From the NCBI GenBank assembly GCA_964556685.1, contig CAZKWX010000002.1:10541-74540 (forward strand): a stretch of 64,000 nucleotides of DNA. The letters run 5' to 3'. This DNA comes from an uncultured Bdellovibrionales bacterium (GTDB lineage: Bacteria; Patescibacteriota; Minisyncoccia; Moranbacterales; DUUL01). The notes under the pieces were generated by a model, which worked only from the letters and a program-made list of their open reading frames with translations, was not told the DNA's origin and did no database searches. Within the stretch, counting starts at the first letter, position 1. Each line of letters starts with the position of its first letter. Made by a program: the position numbers and the translations under genes. This document shows positions 37,433 to 46,980 of the stretch, one piece after another.

Positions 37433-39811
37433 ATGAATAATATTAGAAACTTTTGTATTATTGCACATATTGATCATGGGAAGTCGACACTAGCCGATCG
37501 GCTTTTGGAGTTAACTGGGACGATGGAAAAACGGCAGATGAAGGAACAGGTTTTGGATACGATGGACTTGGAACAGGAGAGAGGCATCACTATCAAGCTC
37601 CAGCCTGTTACTATGACCTATCGGCCATCGCAGATCAATGCAGATGTAACGCGGATAAGTGCGGATAAAGAAAAAAGCAAAGTGGAGGGTGGCTTATTAT
37701 ATAAGGAGTTAACTTACAAAGTAAGAGGACTATTCTTTGACGTTTATAATAATCTGGGACCAGGGCACAAGGAAAGTGTTTACGGCAATGCTCTCGAAGA
37801 GGAATTTTTGAAAGCTAATCTTAGTTTTGATAAAGAAAAGATAATAGACATTTTATATGGGGACAAAAAGGTTGGCACCTATCGTCCAGACTTTGTTGTT
37901 AATGAAAAGATAATTATTGAATTGAAGGCTTTGCCTTTCATTGGCAAAGCAGAAAAAAAACAGACCTGGCATTATTTGAAGGGGTCTCAATATAGACTGG
38001 CACTTCTGGTCAATTTCGGCAAAACAGAATTACAAGTTGAAAGAATAATCTATGATGAAGCTCGTGATAAAAAAATCATCCGCAAAAATCAGCGTTCAAA
38101 TCTGCAAAAATACGCATATCAGCTCAATTTGATAGATACTCCAGGACATGTTGATTTTAGTTATGAAGTTTCACGATCACTAGCAGCAGTGGAAGGGGCG
38201 ATTCTTTTGGTTGATGCGACGCAGGGTGTGCAAGCTCAAACATTGGCTAATTTGTATCAGGCGATAGATCAGGGACTGACAATTATTTCAGTGGTGAACA
38301 AAATTGATCTTCCCAATGCAAATGTGGAAAAGACCAAGAAGGAAATAGTTAATATTCTGGATTACAAAGAAGAAGATGTCATCTGCGCATCTGGAAAAAC
38401 GGGTGAGGGAGCAGAGGAAATTTTGCAGGCGATTGTAGAAAGGATCCCATGCCCGCAATCGCCTTTGGCGAATGCGGGAATTTCCAAGTTACAAATTACA
38501 AGTTCCAAACAAAAACCAAATTCGAAGTCTGAAATTCAGAATTCTGAAAAAATGCCACTTCGTGCTTTGATTTTCGACAGTAAATATGATTCATACAAAG
38601 GCGTTTTAGCATATGTGCGAATTGTTGACGGGCAAGTGCAAGCAGAAGATGACATTTATTTGATGGCCGGCCAAAAAGATGCTCATGTAATCGAAGTGGG
38701 GAAGTTTTCACCAGAGCTGATAAAAAAAGACAAATTAAAAGCTGGTGATATTGGCTATATCGCCACTGGGCTCAAGTCAGTGGAACAGTGTAAAGTTGGA
38801 GACACCGTGACAATGATCAATGATCAATATTCAATATCCAATGAAAAAATAAAAGATAATAAGATCAAGCCGCTTCCGGGTTACAAGGAGGTTCGGCCGA
38901 TGGTCTATGCCAGTTTCTATCCCACTGAGGGAGAAGACTATAATCAATTTCGTGATGCGCTGAACAAATTGAAGCTCAATGATGCAGCGTTGGCTTTTGA
39001 AGGAGAAAGTTCGGTGGCTTTGGGAAGAGGATTTCGCATTGGATTTTTGGGACTGCTTCATTTAGAAATTATCAGGGAACGGCTATCGCGAGAGTTTGGT
39101 TTCGAGCCAGTGATCACAACTCCATCAGTGGTTTATGAAATAGAAAAATCAGATAAATCAACCGAGAAAATATTCTCCGCAGTGGAAATGCCGGATGCCA
39201 ATCACATCAAAAAAATCAAAGAGCCTTTTGTCAAATTGGACATCATCACTCCATCAGAATATATGGGCAAAGTGATGGAGCTGATTCAGGATACCACGCG
39301 GGCAAAATACATTGCCACGGAATACATCGACGATGATCGAGTCATGCTTTCCTATGATGCACCGCTCAGCGAAGTGATCATCAATCTTCACGATGGCATC
39401 AAATCGGCTTCTAGCGGGTTCGCTTCCTTTTCATATGAGTCGACTAAATATCGAGCTTCAGATCTAGTGCGGATGGATGTCTATGTGGCGGAAGAAAAAG
39501 TGGAAGCTTTTTCTCAGATTGTGCCCAAAGAAAATGTTACCAAGGAGGGAGCTCGAGTGGTCAGGAAACTCAAAGACGTGATTCCGCGGCAAAACTTTTT
39601 GGTCAAACTTCAAGCAGCGGTGGGTGGCAAGTTTGTGGCTCGGGAAAATATTTCGGCCTATCGAAAAGATGTGACGGCCAAACTCTATGGCGGCGATGTC
39701 ACTCGCAAGCGCAAGCTGTTGAAAAAACAAAAGAAAGGGAAGAAAAGGATGAAGGGGGCAGGAAAAGTGGATATTCCCCAAAAAGCATTTTTGGAGGTGC
39801 TGAAGAGATAG
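37433..39811 (+). CDS. lepA: Elongation factor 4 (LepA) with an in-frame ~165-aa GxxExxY nuclease-domain insertion
   Basis: [67 protein letters not shown]; ATG 37433. Confidence 0.95.
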   Translation: MNNIRNFCIIAHIDHGKSTLADRLLELTGTMEKRQMKEQVLDTMDLEQERGITIKLQPVTMTYRPSQINADVTRISADKEKSKVEGGLLYKELTYKVRGLFFDVYNNLGPGHKESVYGNALEEEFLKANLSFDKEKIIDILYGDKKVGTYRPDFVVNEKIIIELKALPFIGKAEKKQTWHYLKGSQYRLALLVNFGKTELQVERIIYDEARDKKIIRKNQRSNLQKYAYQLNLIDTPGHVDFSYEVSRSLAAVEGAILLVDATQGVQAQTLANLYQAIDQGLTIISVVNKIDLPNANVEKTKKEIVNILDYKEEDVICASGKTGEGAEEILQAIVERIPCPQSPLANAGISKLQITSSKQKPNSKSEIQNSEKMPLRALIFDSKYDSYKGVLAYVRIVDGQVQAEDDIYLMAGQKDAHVIEVGKFSPELIKKDKLKAGDIGYIATGLKSVEQCKVGDTVTMINDQYSISNEKIKDNKIKPLPGYKEVRPMVYASFYPTEGEDYNQFRDALNKLKLNDAALAFEGESSVALGRGFRIGFLGLLHLEIIRERLSREFGFEPVITTPSVVYEIEKSDKSTEKIFSAVEMPDANHIKKIKEPFVKLDIITPSEYMGKVMELIQDTTRAKYIATEYIDDDRVMLSYDAPLSEVIINLHDGIKSASSGFASFSYESTKYRASDLVRMDVYVAEEKVEAFSQIVPKENVTKEGARVVRKLKDVIPRQNFLVKLQAAVGGKFVARENISAYRKDVTAKLYGGDVTRKRKLLKKQKKGKKRMKGAGKVDIPQKAFLEVLKR
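37622..38116 (+). mobile_element. GxxExxY-family PD-(D/E)xK nuclease domain bounded by nested inverted repeats, inserted in lepA
   Basis: [33 protein letters not shown]; four YGCRGAT units on the left and four ATCnGCR-like units on the right. Confidence 0.85.
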
Positions 39812-40101
39812 CGCGCTAGTATCAGGTATTTTGTATTAAGTATTGTGTATGACGTATATACGTCCGTATATACGTTGGTATGTACTACGAAATGGCTCCT
39901 CATGGCGCTGTTTTTATTTTGAAAAACAAAAACCTAGACCTCACTACCATATAACCTTATATGGTAAAATTGGTTTTTTGGACTAAAAAAGGGAGATCCA
40001 ACGTTTCTGATAGTTAGATTCTCCCATTATTGGCCGTCCACTGTCGGTCAAGAACAAAAATTCAAGCTATGAATGAAAAGGGCGGGTCTTAAAGCTTATA
40101 T

Positions 40102-40448
40102 ACTGGCAGGGACAACCCTTTCTGTTCATAAGCGAGGTTCCCGTAGGCGAGCCCCACCTCCGAAATTGCTGAAAGCAGATTTCCCTTACTCGATTTTTTG
40201 TAAAATCACGACAGTTTCTGGGAAGATAGTCGCCTAGGAGTATTATCACATTATTACTCCCTTACTTGTAAGCTCAGGACGTTGACTTTCAGTGATATAG
40301 TCCTTTCCCACAGATCGGTCGATCTATCTTCGTTGGTGCTGATCTTCCATGGACGTAATAGGTAATCGATTTTACACATGTTCCTACTACTGAAGCAATA
40401 ATTTAACAGCCTGGACATACTGTTAAAATGCCTCTATTACCAGCACCG
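40102..40448 (-). ncRNA. Candidate large structured non-coding RNA or non-autonomous element, family unknown
   Basis: Many nested helices on the minus strand; flanked by 11-bp direct repeats aaagcttatat (40091-40101, 40449-40459); no convincing ORF. Confidence 0.55.
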
Positions 40449-40577
40449 AAAGCTTATATTCAATTAAGTACTACCTGTATTTAAGCACTTTTAGGATGTC
40501 TTGTCAATGTTTATGAAAATTGGCCTAAAAACTGCAAGTTTGGCTATTTTTTGCTATAATTACATCGAATAGACTTA

Positions 40578-42074
40578 ATGATACAAAAAGACATGGGAAC
40601 AGCAGAAACATTTCCTTCCTTTGTGATGAGATCGGAAAAAAAACCGAAAAAGGAACAAAGAAAAAAGAAAAATGAAGGTATAACTCGGAGAGATTTTGTT
40701 AAACAGGCTACTGCAGGAACTGTGGTGTTAGGCTCGGGAGTAATAGGCGGAGTAATGATAAAAAAAAGCAATGAATCAATACGGAATGCAGCAGAATCAG
40801 TTGTTGAAGAACCAACTTCTCAGCAGGTACAGATCGAAGAACAGAATAAACAAGTGGTTGAGCAGACTGTTGGGAAAACGATAGAAGAACAAATAGCGAC
40901 TGGTGAAGAAGTCGTTCTCAATCGAGCAACGAAGCAGGCAATTTATGAAAAATGGTTGGAAAGTCACAGTGAAGGCGGGGACAATCGCTGGGGGATGGAA
41001 CAAGCCTTGAAAAACATGCAGCCGTGGATTGCCGAAATGAAAATGGCTTTCAAAAAAGTTGCTCGAGACACGGGGGTTGCAATTCCAGAGGAGTATGTCT
41101 ATCTGACAATTCCTGAATCATATTTCAAAATGGATGCTCGATCGACGGCTCAAGCGGTGGGACCCTATCAATTCACTGAAGGGACAGCCACAAAGAAAAA
41201 GATTGGTTTGAAAATACATGAAGGGGTCTATGACGAAAAGAGAGATCCAGTTTTGAGTGCGGTGGCTTGTGCCAAACATCTGGCCGCTAGCTTCAAAGAT
41301 TTTAATGAAGATTGGGAGTTGGCTCTGGCAGATTACAATGGCAGCTATACCAATCAGTATACGAAAGAGATTGAGAAGAAAAAGCGGAATTATGACCACT
41401 ATCTTGCTTGGCGAGAAAAGAGGCTGAATGATTTTCTAGAAAAAAAAGAATACACCCACAAAGTTGCTTCCGGAGAGCTTCTTTCAAAAATAGCTAAGCA
41501 CTATGGAATAAGTATAGACGAAATCGAGGCGGTCAACTTGGGGCTTGTTCGAGACAAGATCAAAGAGGGCCAAGTTTTGAAATTGCCCAATGTTTTGTCA
41601 GTGAAAATGAAAAAGTTACAAGATTCTTTGGAAAATTTGAACTATCCGGAAAAATTTTTAGCGATTTTAGAAGTGATGAAAAAGGACAAGATGGCAGAGA
41701 AGTATCCGCCTAGGAAAATGAAATATCAGGTAATTGAAGTGCCAATGTCAAATACTACTCGATTCGTTCATGTTGTTAGAAAAGGAGAAACATTGTCAGG
41801 CATGGTTCGTAATATAAAAAAGACCTATCCTGGCATAAAAAAATCAAACAGTGCACTGTTGAAATCGATTCAACAGCAGAATGATATAAAAAATCCCAGA
41901 CTAATCAAACCAGGAGACAAGTTGCAGATCGATCTTCCTGTCAAAAGCGGCATGTCATTAGCCCAGATAGCAGAGAAAAGAAAAATTGACCTTGCGAAAT
42001 TGAAAGCAATGAATCCAGCTGTGGTGAATGGACGTGCTTCGCTTCCAAAAGTCGAAGTCAGGATTTCAGCGTAA
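40578..42074 (+). CDS. Lytic transglycosylase (SLT/MltD-like) with LysM domains
   Basis: ES...ARS..QAVGPYQF, LALADYNG, LysM HKVASGELLSKIA and HVVRKGETLS; N-terminal TRRDF plus TM. Confidence 0.85.
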   Translation: MIQKDMGTAETFPSFVMRSEKKPKKEQRKKKNEGITRRDFVKQATAGTVVLGSGVIGGVMIKKSNESIRNAAESVVEEPTSQQVQIEEQNKQVVEQTVGKTIEEQIATGEEVVLNRATKQAIYEKWLESHSEGGDNRWGMEQALKNMQPWIAEMKMAFKKVARDTGVAIPEEYVYLTIPESYFKMDARSTAQAVGPYQFTEGTATKKKIGLKIHEGVYDEKRDPVLSAVACAKHLAASFKDFNEDWELALADYNGSYTNQYTKEIEKKKRNYDHYLAWREKRLNDFLEKKEYTHKVASGELLSKIAKHYGISIDEIEAVNLGLVRDKIKEGQVLKLPNVLSVKMKKLQDSLENLNYPEKFLAILEVMKKDKMAEKYPPRKMKYQVIEVPMSNTTRFVHVVRKGETLSGMVRNIKKTYPGIKKSNSALLKSIQQQNDIKNPRLIKPGDKLQIDLPVKSGMSLAQIAEKRKIDLAKLKAMNPAVVNGRASLPKVEVRISA

Positions 42075-42223
42075 GCATTCTTTATTATTTAGAAATCAAT
42101 TAGCACTACAATACACTGATATATCAATATATTGAAGTGAAGTGAAGGGAGTGGTAGTAGGTATGAATAGTCAACCAAAATTAAAAAACGACAGAACCTG
42201 TTGATTATTGGTAGTGTCGTTTT

Positions 42224-43573
42224 TCAGAAATCTCCTTCCTCGAGCTTTTTAGAGAGCAACTCGATTTGCTCTTTTTTTGATGGATCTGTTCTTATTGCTT
42301 TCTTAACTGAGTTGATGGCATAAAGAGCGGTAGCATGGTAGCGGTTAAAATGCTTAGCAATCACTGTTAATGGAGCATCAGTGAACTCGCGAGCCAGATA
42401 CATTGCAATTTGACGAGGCCAAACAATACCTTGCTTTCTAGTTCTAGCCTCAATTTCGCTTACACTGATCCCGAAAGCCTTACAAACCACTTTCTTGATA
42501 ACATTGATGGTAATTTTCTTTCGACGGGTGCCTATAATTTTTACGACTTCAGATGCCAGGGCCAGGTTAATATCGCAACCTAATAGCGAACTGTGCGCAA
42601 TAACACTAATCAAACTACCCTTTAGTTCGCGCATATCCATGGGAAAGGAATCGGCCAATAATTCTAAAACTTCCTCGGGTATTCTTTGTCCGTCAAGGTT
42701 TTTTCTAAGAATTCGGACTCTGGAGTTAAAACGCGGAGGTTCCATGTTCGAAATCATGGTTTGCGAAAACCTAGATCGCAGTTCATCGCTGAGTTTGGGT
42801 ATGTCCTGAGGAGCGAAGCGACTTGAAAGGATGATCTTTCTCTTATTTTCGGTTAAAAAGTCGAGAACCCTAGCGATTTCTATTTGAGTTCTTTCTTTCC
42901 CACCGAGGAAATGGACATCTTCCATGAGTAAAATATCGCATCTCTCGAGATAGCCCTTTTTGAATTGCTCCAGTGAGTCGGAACGAATTGCACGAACTAA
43001 CTCCTCGCTGAATTCACTGGCAGTGATCAGGCGTATCCGCGCTCCTGGATTATTGGTTGAGATACTATGGCCTGCTGCATATGTCAAATGAGATTTTCCT
43101 AGGCCGGTTTTTGATAGCAGAAAAACAGGCGCCTTGATGATTGATTTTTTGGAAGCCACTGAACGAGCAGCTTGAGATGCAAGCCTATTACGATCATCCT
43201 CAACAAAACCGTCGAATGTCATATTTGTTTTGACCAATCTTGCAGTAACATGACTAGCGAAACTTGGTAATTGTTTTTGGATTCCTGGTCGATGTTCACA
43301 ACTTTTACCCTTAGGTTTTTCACTTTCGGTTACCGGAACCACACTCATCGTATATTTTAAAAATCGCGATGAATTATTCGATGCTTCGTTTACTGCTCCT
43401 TTAATTGCTTCTGAGTGTTGACTAAGTAATTGGCGACATACTTCATTACGGCATGAAAGGTGCATAGTGTCACCATCAATTAATTCCACCTTGATTGAAT
43501 TCAACCATCTTTCTGGTAGGCGCTCTTGAAGCGCCCGATCTAACCTTTTCTGGACGCTTTCTAAGTCGTTCAT
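42224..43573 (-). CDS. dnaA: DnaA-family replication initiator paralog (atypical Walker motifs)
   Basis: MTFDGFV...NRLA, SKTGLGKSHL, LMEDVHFL.GK.RTQ, LRSRF, domain IV RQIAMYLARE..F.R.HAT; SD AAGGAGG before ATG 43573. Confidence 0.85.
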   Translation of the reverse strand: MNDLESVQKRLDRALQERLPERWLNSIKVELIDGDTMHLSCRNEVCRQLLSQHSEAIKGAVNEASNNSSRFLKYTMSVVPVTESEKPKGKSCEHRPGIQKQLPSFASHVTARLVKTNMTFDGFVEDDRNRLASQAARSVASKKSIIKAPVFLLSKTGLGKSHLTYAAGHSISTNNPGARIRLITASEFSEELVRAIRSDSLEQFKKGYLERCDILLMEDVHFLGGKERTQIEIARVLDFLTENKRKIILSSRFAPQDIPKLSDELRSRFSQTMISNMEPPRFNSRVRILRKNLDGQRIPEEVLELLADSFPMDMRELKGSLISVIAHSSLLGCDINLALASEVVKIIGTRRKKITINVIKKVVCKAFGISVSEIEARTRKQGIVWPRQIAMYLAREFTDAPLTVIAKHFNRYHATALYAINSVKKAIRTDPSKKEQIELLSKKLEEGDF

Positions 43574-43755
43574 GAGTGCCTCCTTTTCAGAGATTTCTTT
43601 TTTATTTTGATTTAAGGTACTGAAAAAATACAATAAGGCCAGAATTGACCTTTTAATAAGGTAGCGTAAAAACAACAAAAAATCAACTAAAATTGTTGAT
43701 TTTTTGTCTATAAAAATTTTTAGGCCGCACACGGAATTGTTTCTCCATGGCGAGC

Positions 43756-44298
43756 CTAAGTGATAATCTTTTTTTTGCGAAAATACATTCGAATCACTAA
43801 ATGAATGTTTTCAAATGTCGCATTCCGAATGCAAACCCGAGGGGGATCTTTCGCGGTTGGTTCAGCTCCGCTGATGCATTTGCTTAGCAATAGAGCATCA
43901 GCAGGACTGGGAGTGTAGGCTACCAGTCCAAAGAATGTCATTCCTTTCTCTTTACTTCGGCTCGAAAAGCTTCTGATAGCCAAGGGGAAGCCTATGTCCA
44001 TTGCATTAAGGGCCTCCTCTTTTTCCCTGATCTTAACGACAGTTATTTCTTTAAGGCCATGCATGGCAAGCTCGATAGCTGCCGGGAAGCTAGCTAAAAA
44101 ATATCCTTTTCTCTCTTCAAAATTACCTCGGATGTGCTCAATTTTTTTAGGTTTTTTCAGTTTGCTCATGTCTGTCATCACATCTGCGATGACCTTTTTC
44201 AGCGCCACAACCCTCTCTTGCCTGGTCGGTAGCTTACTAATCTCTTTCAACCCTCTTGTTTTGGAAGAGGGTTTGTGAGTAGATTGTCTTTTTTTCAT
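43756..44298 (-). CDS. Hypothetical basic protein
   Basis: 180-aa ORF with SD AAGGAGG. Confidence 0.65.
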   Translation of the reverse strand: MKKRQSTHKPSSKTRGLKEISKLPTRQERVVALKKVIADVMTDMSKLKKPKKIEHIRGNFEERKGYFLASFPAAIELAMHGLKEITVVKIREKEEALNAMDIGFPLAIRSFSSRSKEKGMTFFGLVAYTPSPADALLLSKCISGAEPTAKDPPRVCIRNATFENIHLVIRMYFRKKKIIT

Positions 44299-44435
44299 AA
44301 CCCCCTCCTTTGGTCTTTATTACATAAAAAACAGGAAAATACCCTCTTGTTTTTTAGTACAATTCGGGGGTAAAAAAATTTAATTAGAAGAAACAAGGCC
44401 GGCAATTACGCGTTTATGCATATACCGGCCTAGTG

Positions 44436-45425
44436 CTAACTGGTCCCCCAACGTTCTGGATATTTTTGGGTGTAAGGTTTATAATTTGGTTCTTCTGCGC
44501 TTACCACCCTCTTTTTCTTTTTTTGCCTCATTTTCTCTTTATTTATCCTCGCTTTCTCTCTATTCAGTATGTCGAGAAGGAACCAAAGATCATCTTTTAA
44601 GTGATCTTCTATTGCCATAGGTTCAGCCTCGACTCTTAGGTCAATAATTTCAAATCTATCCTTGAGTTTTAAAGCTTTTTCAAGCAAAGTGTTAATCGGA
44701 AAATTAATTTGAAGGTGATCATGGGTTGTTATTTTAATCAACAAAGGATCGAAAGGGAAGAAAAAATCATATACTCCGTTAGCTTTTTTGTCGAGAACGC
44801 TAATTGGAATCCAGACGTCACAGTCACTCCCTGATCCGAAAACAACAACGCCAGATATCGCTTTAAAACAACGCGTCATCATTTCCTGTCCTAAGGGGAT
44901 GTTGATAAAAGCTATTTTGACGGGGCCACTAGGTTCTTCTACGGCTGTTAAAGTATCCTCAGCGTCTTCCATTGGTGGCAATGCAGCAAAAACCTTCTCT
45001 GACCACTTATTTTCTTCAACTAAATTGGTATCAAGAAGTTTTTCAGCCACTTTATCGATCTTAGCGTGATCAAGGTGCTGAATTAGAGAATAGCGAGCAT
45101 CTTCGAGGTTTAGTAGGGTATGTGAACAATCAAACACTTTACGAATGAACTCCAAAAAAGAGGAAAATTCCTCGAGAACATACAGCTCATTGGGAACATA
45201 CACATCACACCCCCATGAAAAGCAGGCGATTATCACTTCACGTCTTTTCATGTGAAACTCAACCTTTGTCTTTGCATATTTCTCCCAATCCTTTTTACAC
45301 GTTAGCTTTTTATCAAGTCCTATATTCTTGTTTTCATCGAGAAACTTCTTTTCGAACCTCGCCAAAGCAAAAGTATAAACGAAGCCCACGATTACCAAGT
45401 TGAACTTTTCAAGGTGCTTTGCCAT
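44436..45425 (-). CDS. Hypothetical protein
   Basis: ~329-aa ORF; SD AAGGAGG before ATG 45425; internal motif GCDVYVP echoed by DCDVWIP. Confidence 0.7.
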   Translation of the reverse strand: MAKHLEKFNLVIVGFVYTFALARFEKKFLDENKNIGLDKKLTCKKDWEKYAKTKVEFHMKRREVIIACFSWGCDVYVPNELYVLEEFSSFLEFIRKVFDCSHTLLNLEDARYSLIQHLDHAKIDKVAEKLLDTNLVEENKWSEKVFAALPPMEDAEDTLTAVEEPSGPVKIAFINIPLGQEMMTRCFKAISGVVVFGSGSDCDVWIPISVLDKKANGVYDFFFPFDPLLIKITTHDHLQINFPINTLLEKALKLKDRFEIIDLRVEAEPMAIEDHLKDDLWFLLDILNREKARINKEKMRQKKKKRVVSAEEPNYKPYTQKYPERWGTS

Positions 45426-45461
45426 CACAGGCCTCCTTTTTTGCGGATTTAAAATTATGTA

Positions 45462-45489
45462 ATTATACATCAAACTATATTTTTGTCAA
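45462..45489 (-). promoter_or_regulatory. Consensus sigma70 promoter for the SD-led dnaA-like island
   Basis: Minus strand TTGACA-16 nt-TATAAT, ~35 nt upstream of ATG 45425. Confidence 0.7.
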
Positions 45490-45566
45490 TGGTGTAAATA
45501 ATCTTGCTTTAAACTACAATGAAATAAGTATCTTCTGACTATTTACTACGTTTGAAGAAACAATTT

Positions 45567-46790
45567 ATGAAAATTTTAACCATTGCTGCAACACCGTTTT
45601 TTTCAAGCCGAGGCAGTCACATTCGGATATATAACGAAGCGAAATATCTCCAAAAAATGGGAGCGGAGGTTTTGATTTGTGCCTATCACAATGGAGAAGA
45701 CGTTGAAAGCCTGAATATTTCAAGAATTTCTGATGTAAGTTGGTATAAAAAAACCTCGCCAGGATTTTCCTGGGGAAAGATTTGGTGCGATCTAAAGCTG
45801 ATAACGTTGGTCAGAAAGGAAATAAAAAAGTTTCAACCTGATGTGATCCATGCGCATTTATTTGAGAGTTTAGGGACAGGATGGGTGGCTGGACTGGCGA
45901 TCGGTTTCCGAAACCGGGTACTCGGTTTTGGAAACCAAAGGAAGATTCCAATTGTTTTGGACTTGCAAGGGGATTTGAAAAAAGAGTTTGAGAGTTACAA
46001 CAAGAAAAACAGCTTGGCTAAAATTTTTTTTGTGGCGATGTCGAAGTGGCTGATCAATAAAGCTGATGCCATGGTGGTCAGCAGCGAGAACGCACTAGAA
46101 TCGGCCAAAGAAAATTACAAAAATCCGGACGAAATAATGGTGATTAAAGATGGGATCGATTTGGAAATGTTTAGAGACACAAAAGAGACTGAAGAAAATT
46201 CAGAAGTTAATAAAATAAAAACTTGGCAGGGAAGTGATAAGTTATTGGTTTATACTGGAGGTTTGGAAAATAGCAAGGGTGTCGGTGAATTACTTAATAC
46301 TTTTAATACTGGGGATACAAACGGATGGAAGTTGTTGCTGTTTGGCCAAGGAGCGGATCGACGTAAGTACGTACGTATGTACGTACCTGGGAACGTACAT
46401 GATGTTAAAGAAAATTATCCATACAACAATGAAAGAATCTGGTTTAGTAGTGAAAGTGGATATTTTTCTTTACCAAATTATTTGCGATTGACTGATGCGG
46501 CTATCGATCCTAAAAGAGATTCAACAGAGAGCAGCGGAAAACTGGTTAACTACATGGCAGCGGGATTGCCAATAATTTGTTTTGATAATGATTTCAATCG
46601 AAGTGTGTTGAGGGACCAGGGAATTTATATAAACGAAATGGGTCAGCTGAGTGACGCTTTGAAAAAAGCCGAAGCTAGTGATAGAATAAATTATGATCTG
46701 GAAAAGAATAGCGAAGAGAAAGAAGCAGAAAAACTCTTTGAGATTATAGGAAGGATAACCAGCGCCAACAACCAACCCGTGGCCAATTAA
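45567..46790 (+). CDS. Glycosyltransferase family 4
   Basis: PDVIHAHL, DGID, YTGGLENSKG, KLVNYMAAGLPII. Confidence 0.9.
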   Translation: MKILTIAATPFFSSRGSHIRIYNEAKYLQKMGAEVLICAYHNGEDVESLNISRISDVSWYKKTSPGFSWGKIWCDLKLITLVRKEIKKFQPDVIHAHLFESLGTGWVAGLAIGFRNRVLGFGNQRKIPIVLDLQGDLKKEFESYNKKNSLAKIFFVAMSKWLINKADAMVVSSENALESAKENYKNPDEIMVIKDGIDLEMFRDTKETEENSEVNKIKTWQGSDKLLVYTGGLENSKGVGELLNTFNTGDTNGWKLLLFGQGADRRKYVRMYVPGNVHDVKENYPYNNERIWFSSESGYFSLPNYLRLTDAAIDPKRDSTESSGKLVNYMAAGLPIICFDNDFNRSVLRDQGIYINEMGQLSDALKKAEASDRINYDLEKNSEEKEAEKLFEIIGRITSANNQPVAN

Positions 46791-46980
46791 TGAGTTAACG
46801 TTGTAAAGTATGAAACATCCTTTTTTCCTTAGTGTAAGATGGAGATTAAGAAAGATTAATTCAGAATAGTAGTAGAGACCGGCCAATCCATTTAACTCTC
46901 CGAGCAAAGCTCATTCGCTTTGTTCCACTCTTACCAAAAGAGGGGGAAGCGAATCTTCTAGACAATAAAAATAGCAAAAA

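Noticed and set aside
37622-38116. LepA insertion as an intein or group I/II intron
   Set aside because: No intein block A or terminal His-Asn plus C/S/T, no LAGLIDADG motif, and no group I P7 or group II domain V signature.
40091-40459. Structured element as RNase P RNA, tmRNA or group I intron
   Set aside because: No GAGGAAAGUCC/CGGCUUA pair and no tRNA-like ends. P/Q-like tgctgg/atcagca is present, but I found no correctly ordered R/S (P7) pairing on either strand.
884-43732. Long N-terminal extensions in ORF-track calls for rplR (884), rpoB (6584), murE (17548), lepA (37379) and dnaA (43732)
   Set aside because: The extensions run through repeats or leaders; downstream ATGs fit family starts or SD position better.
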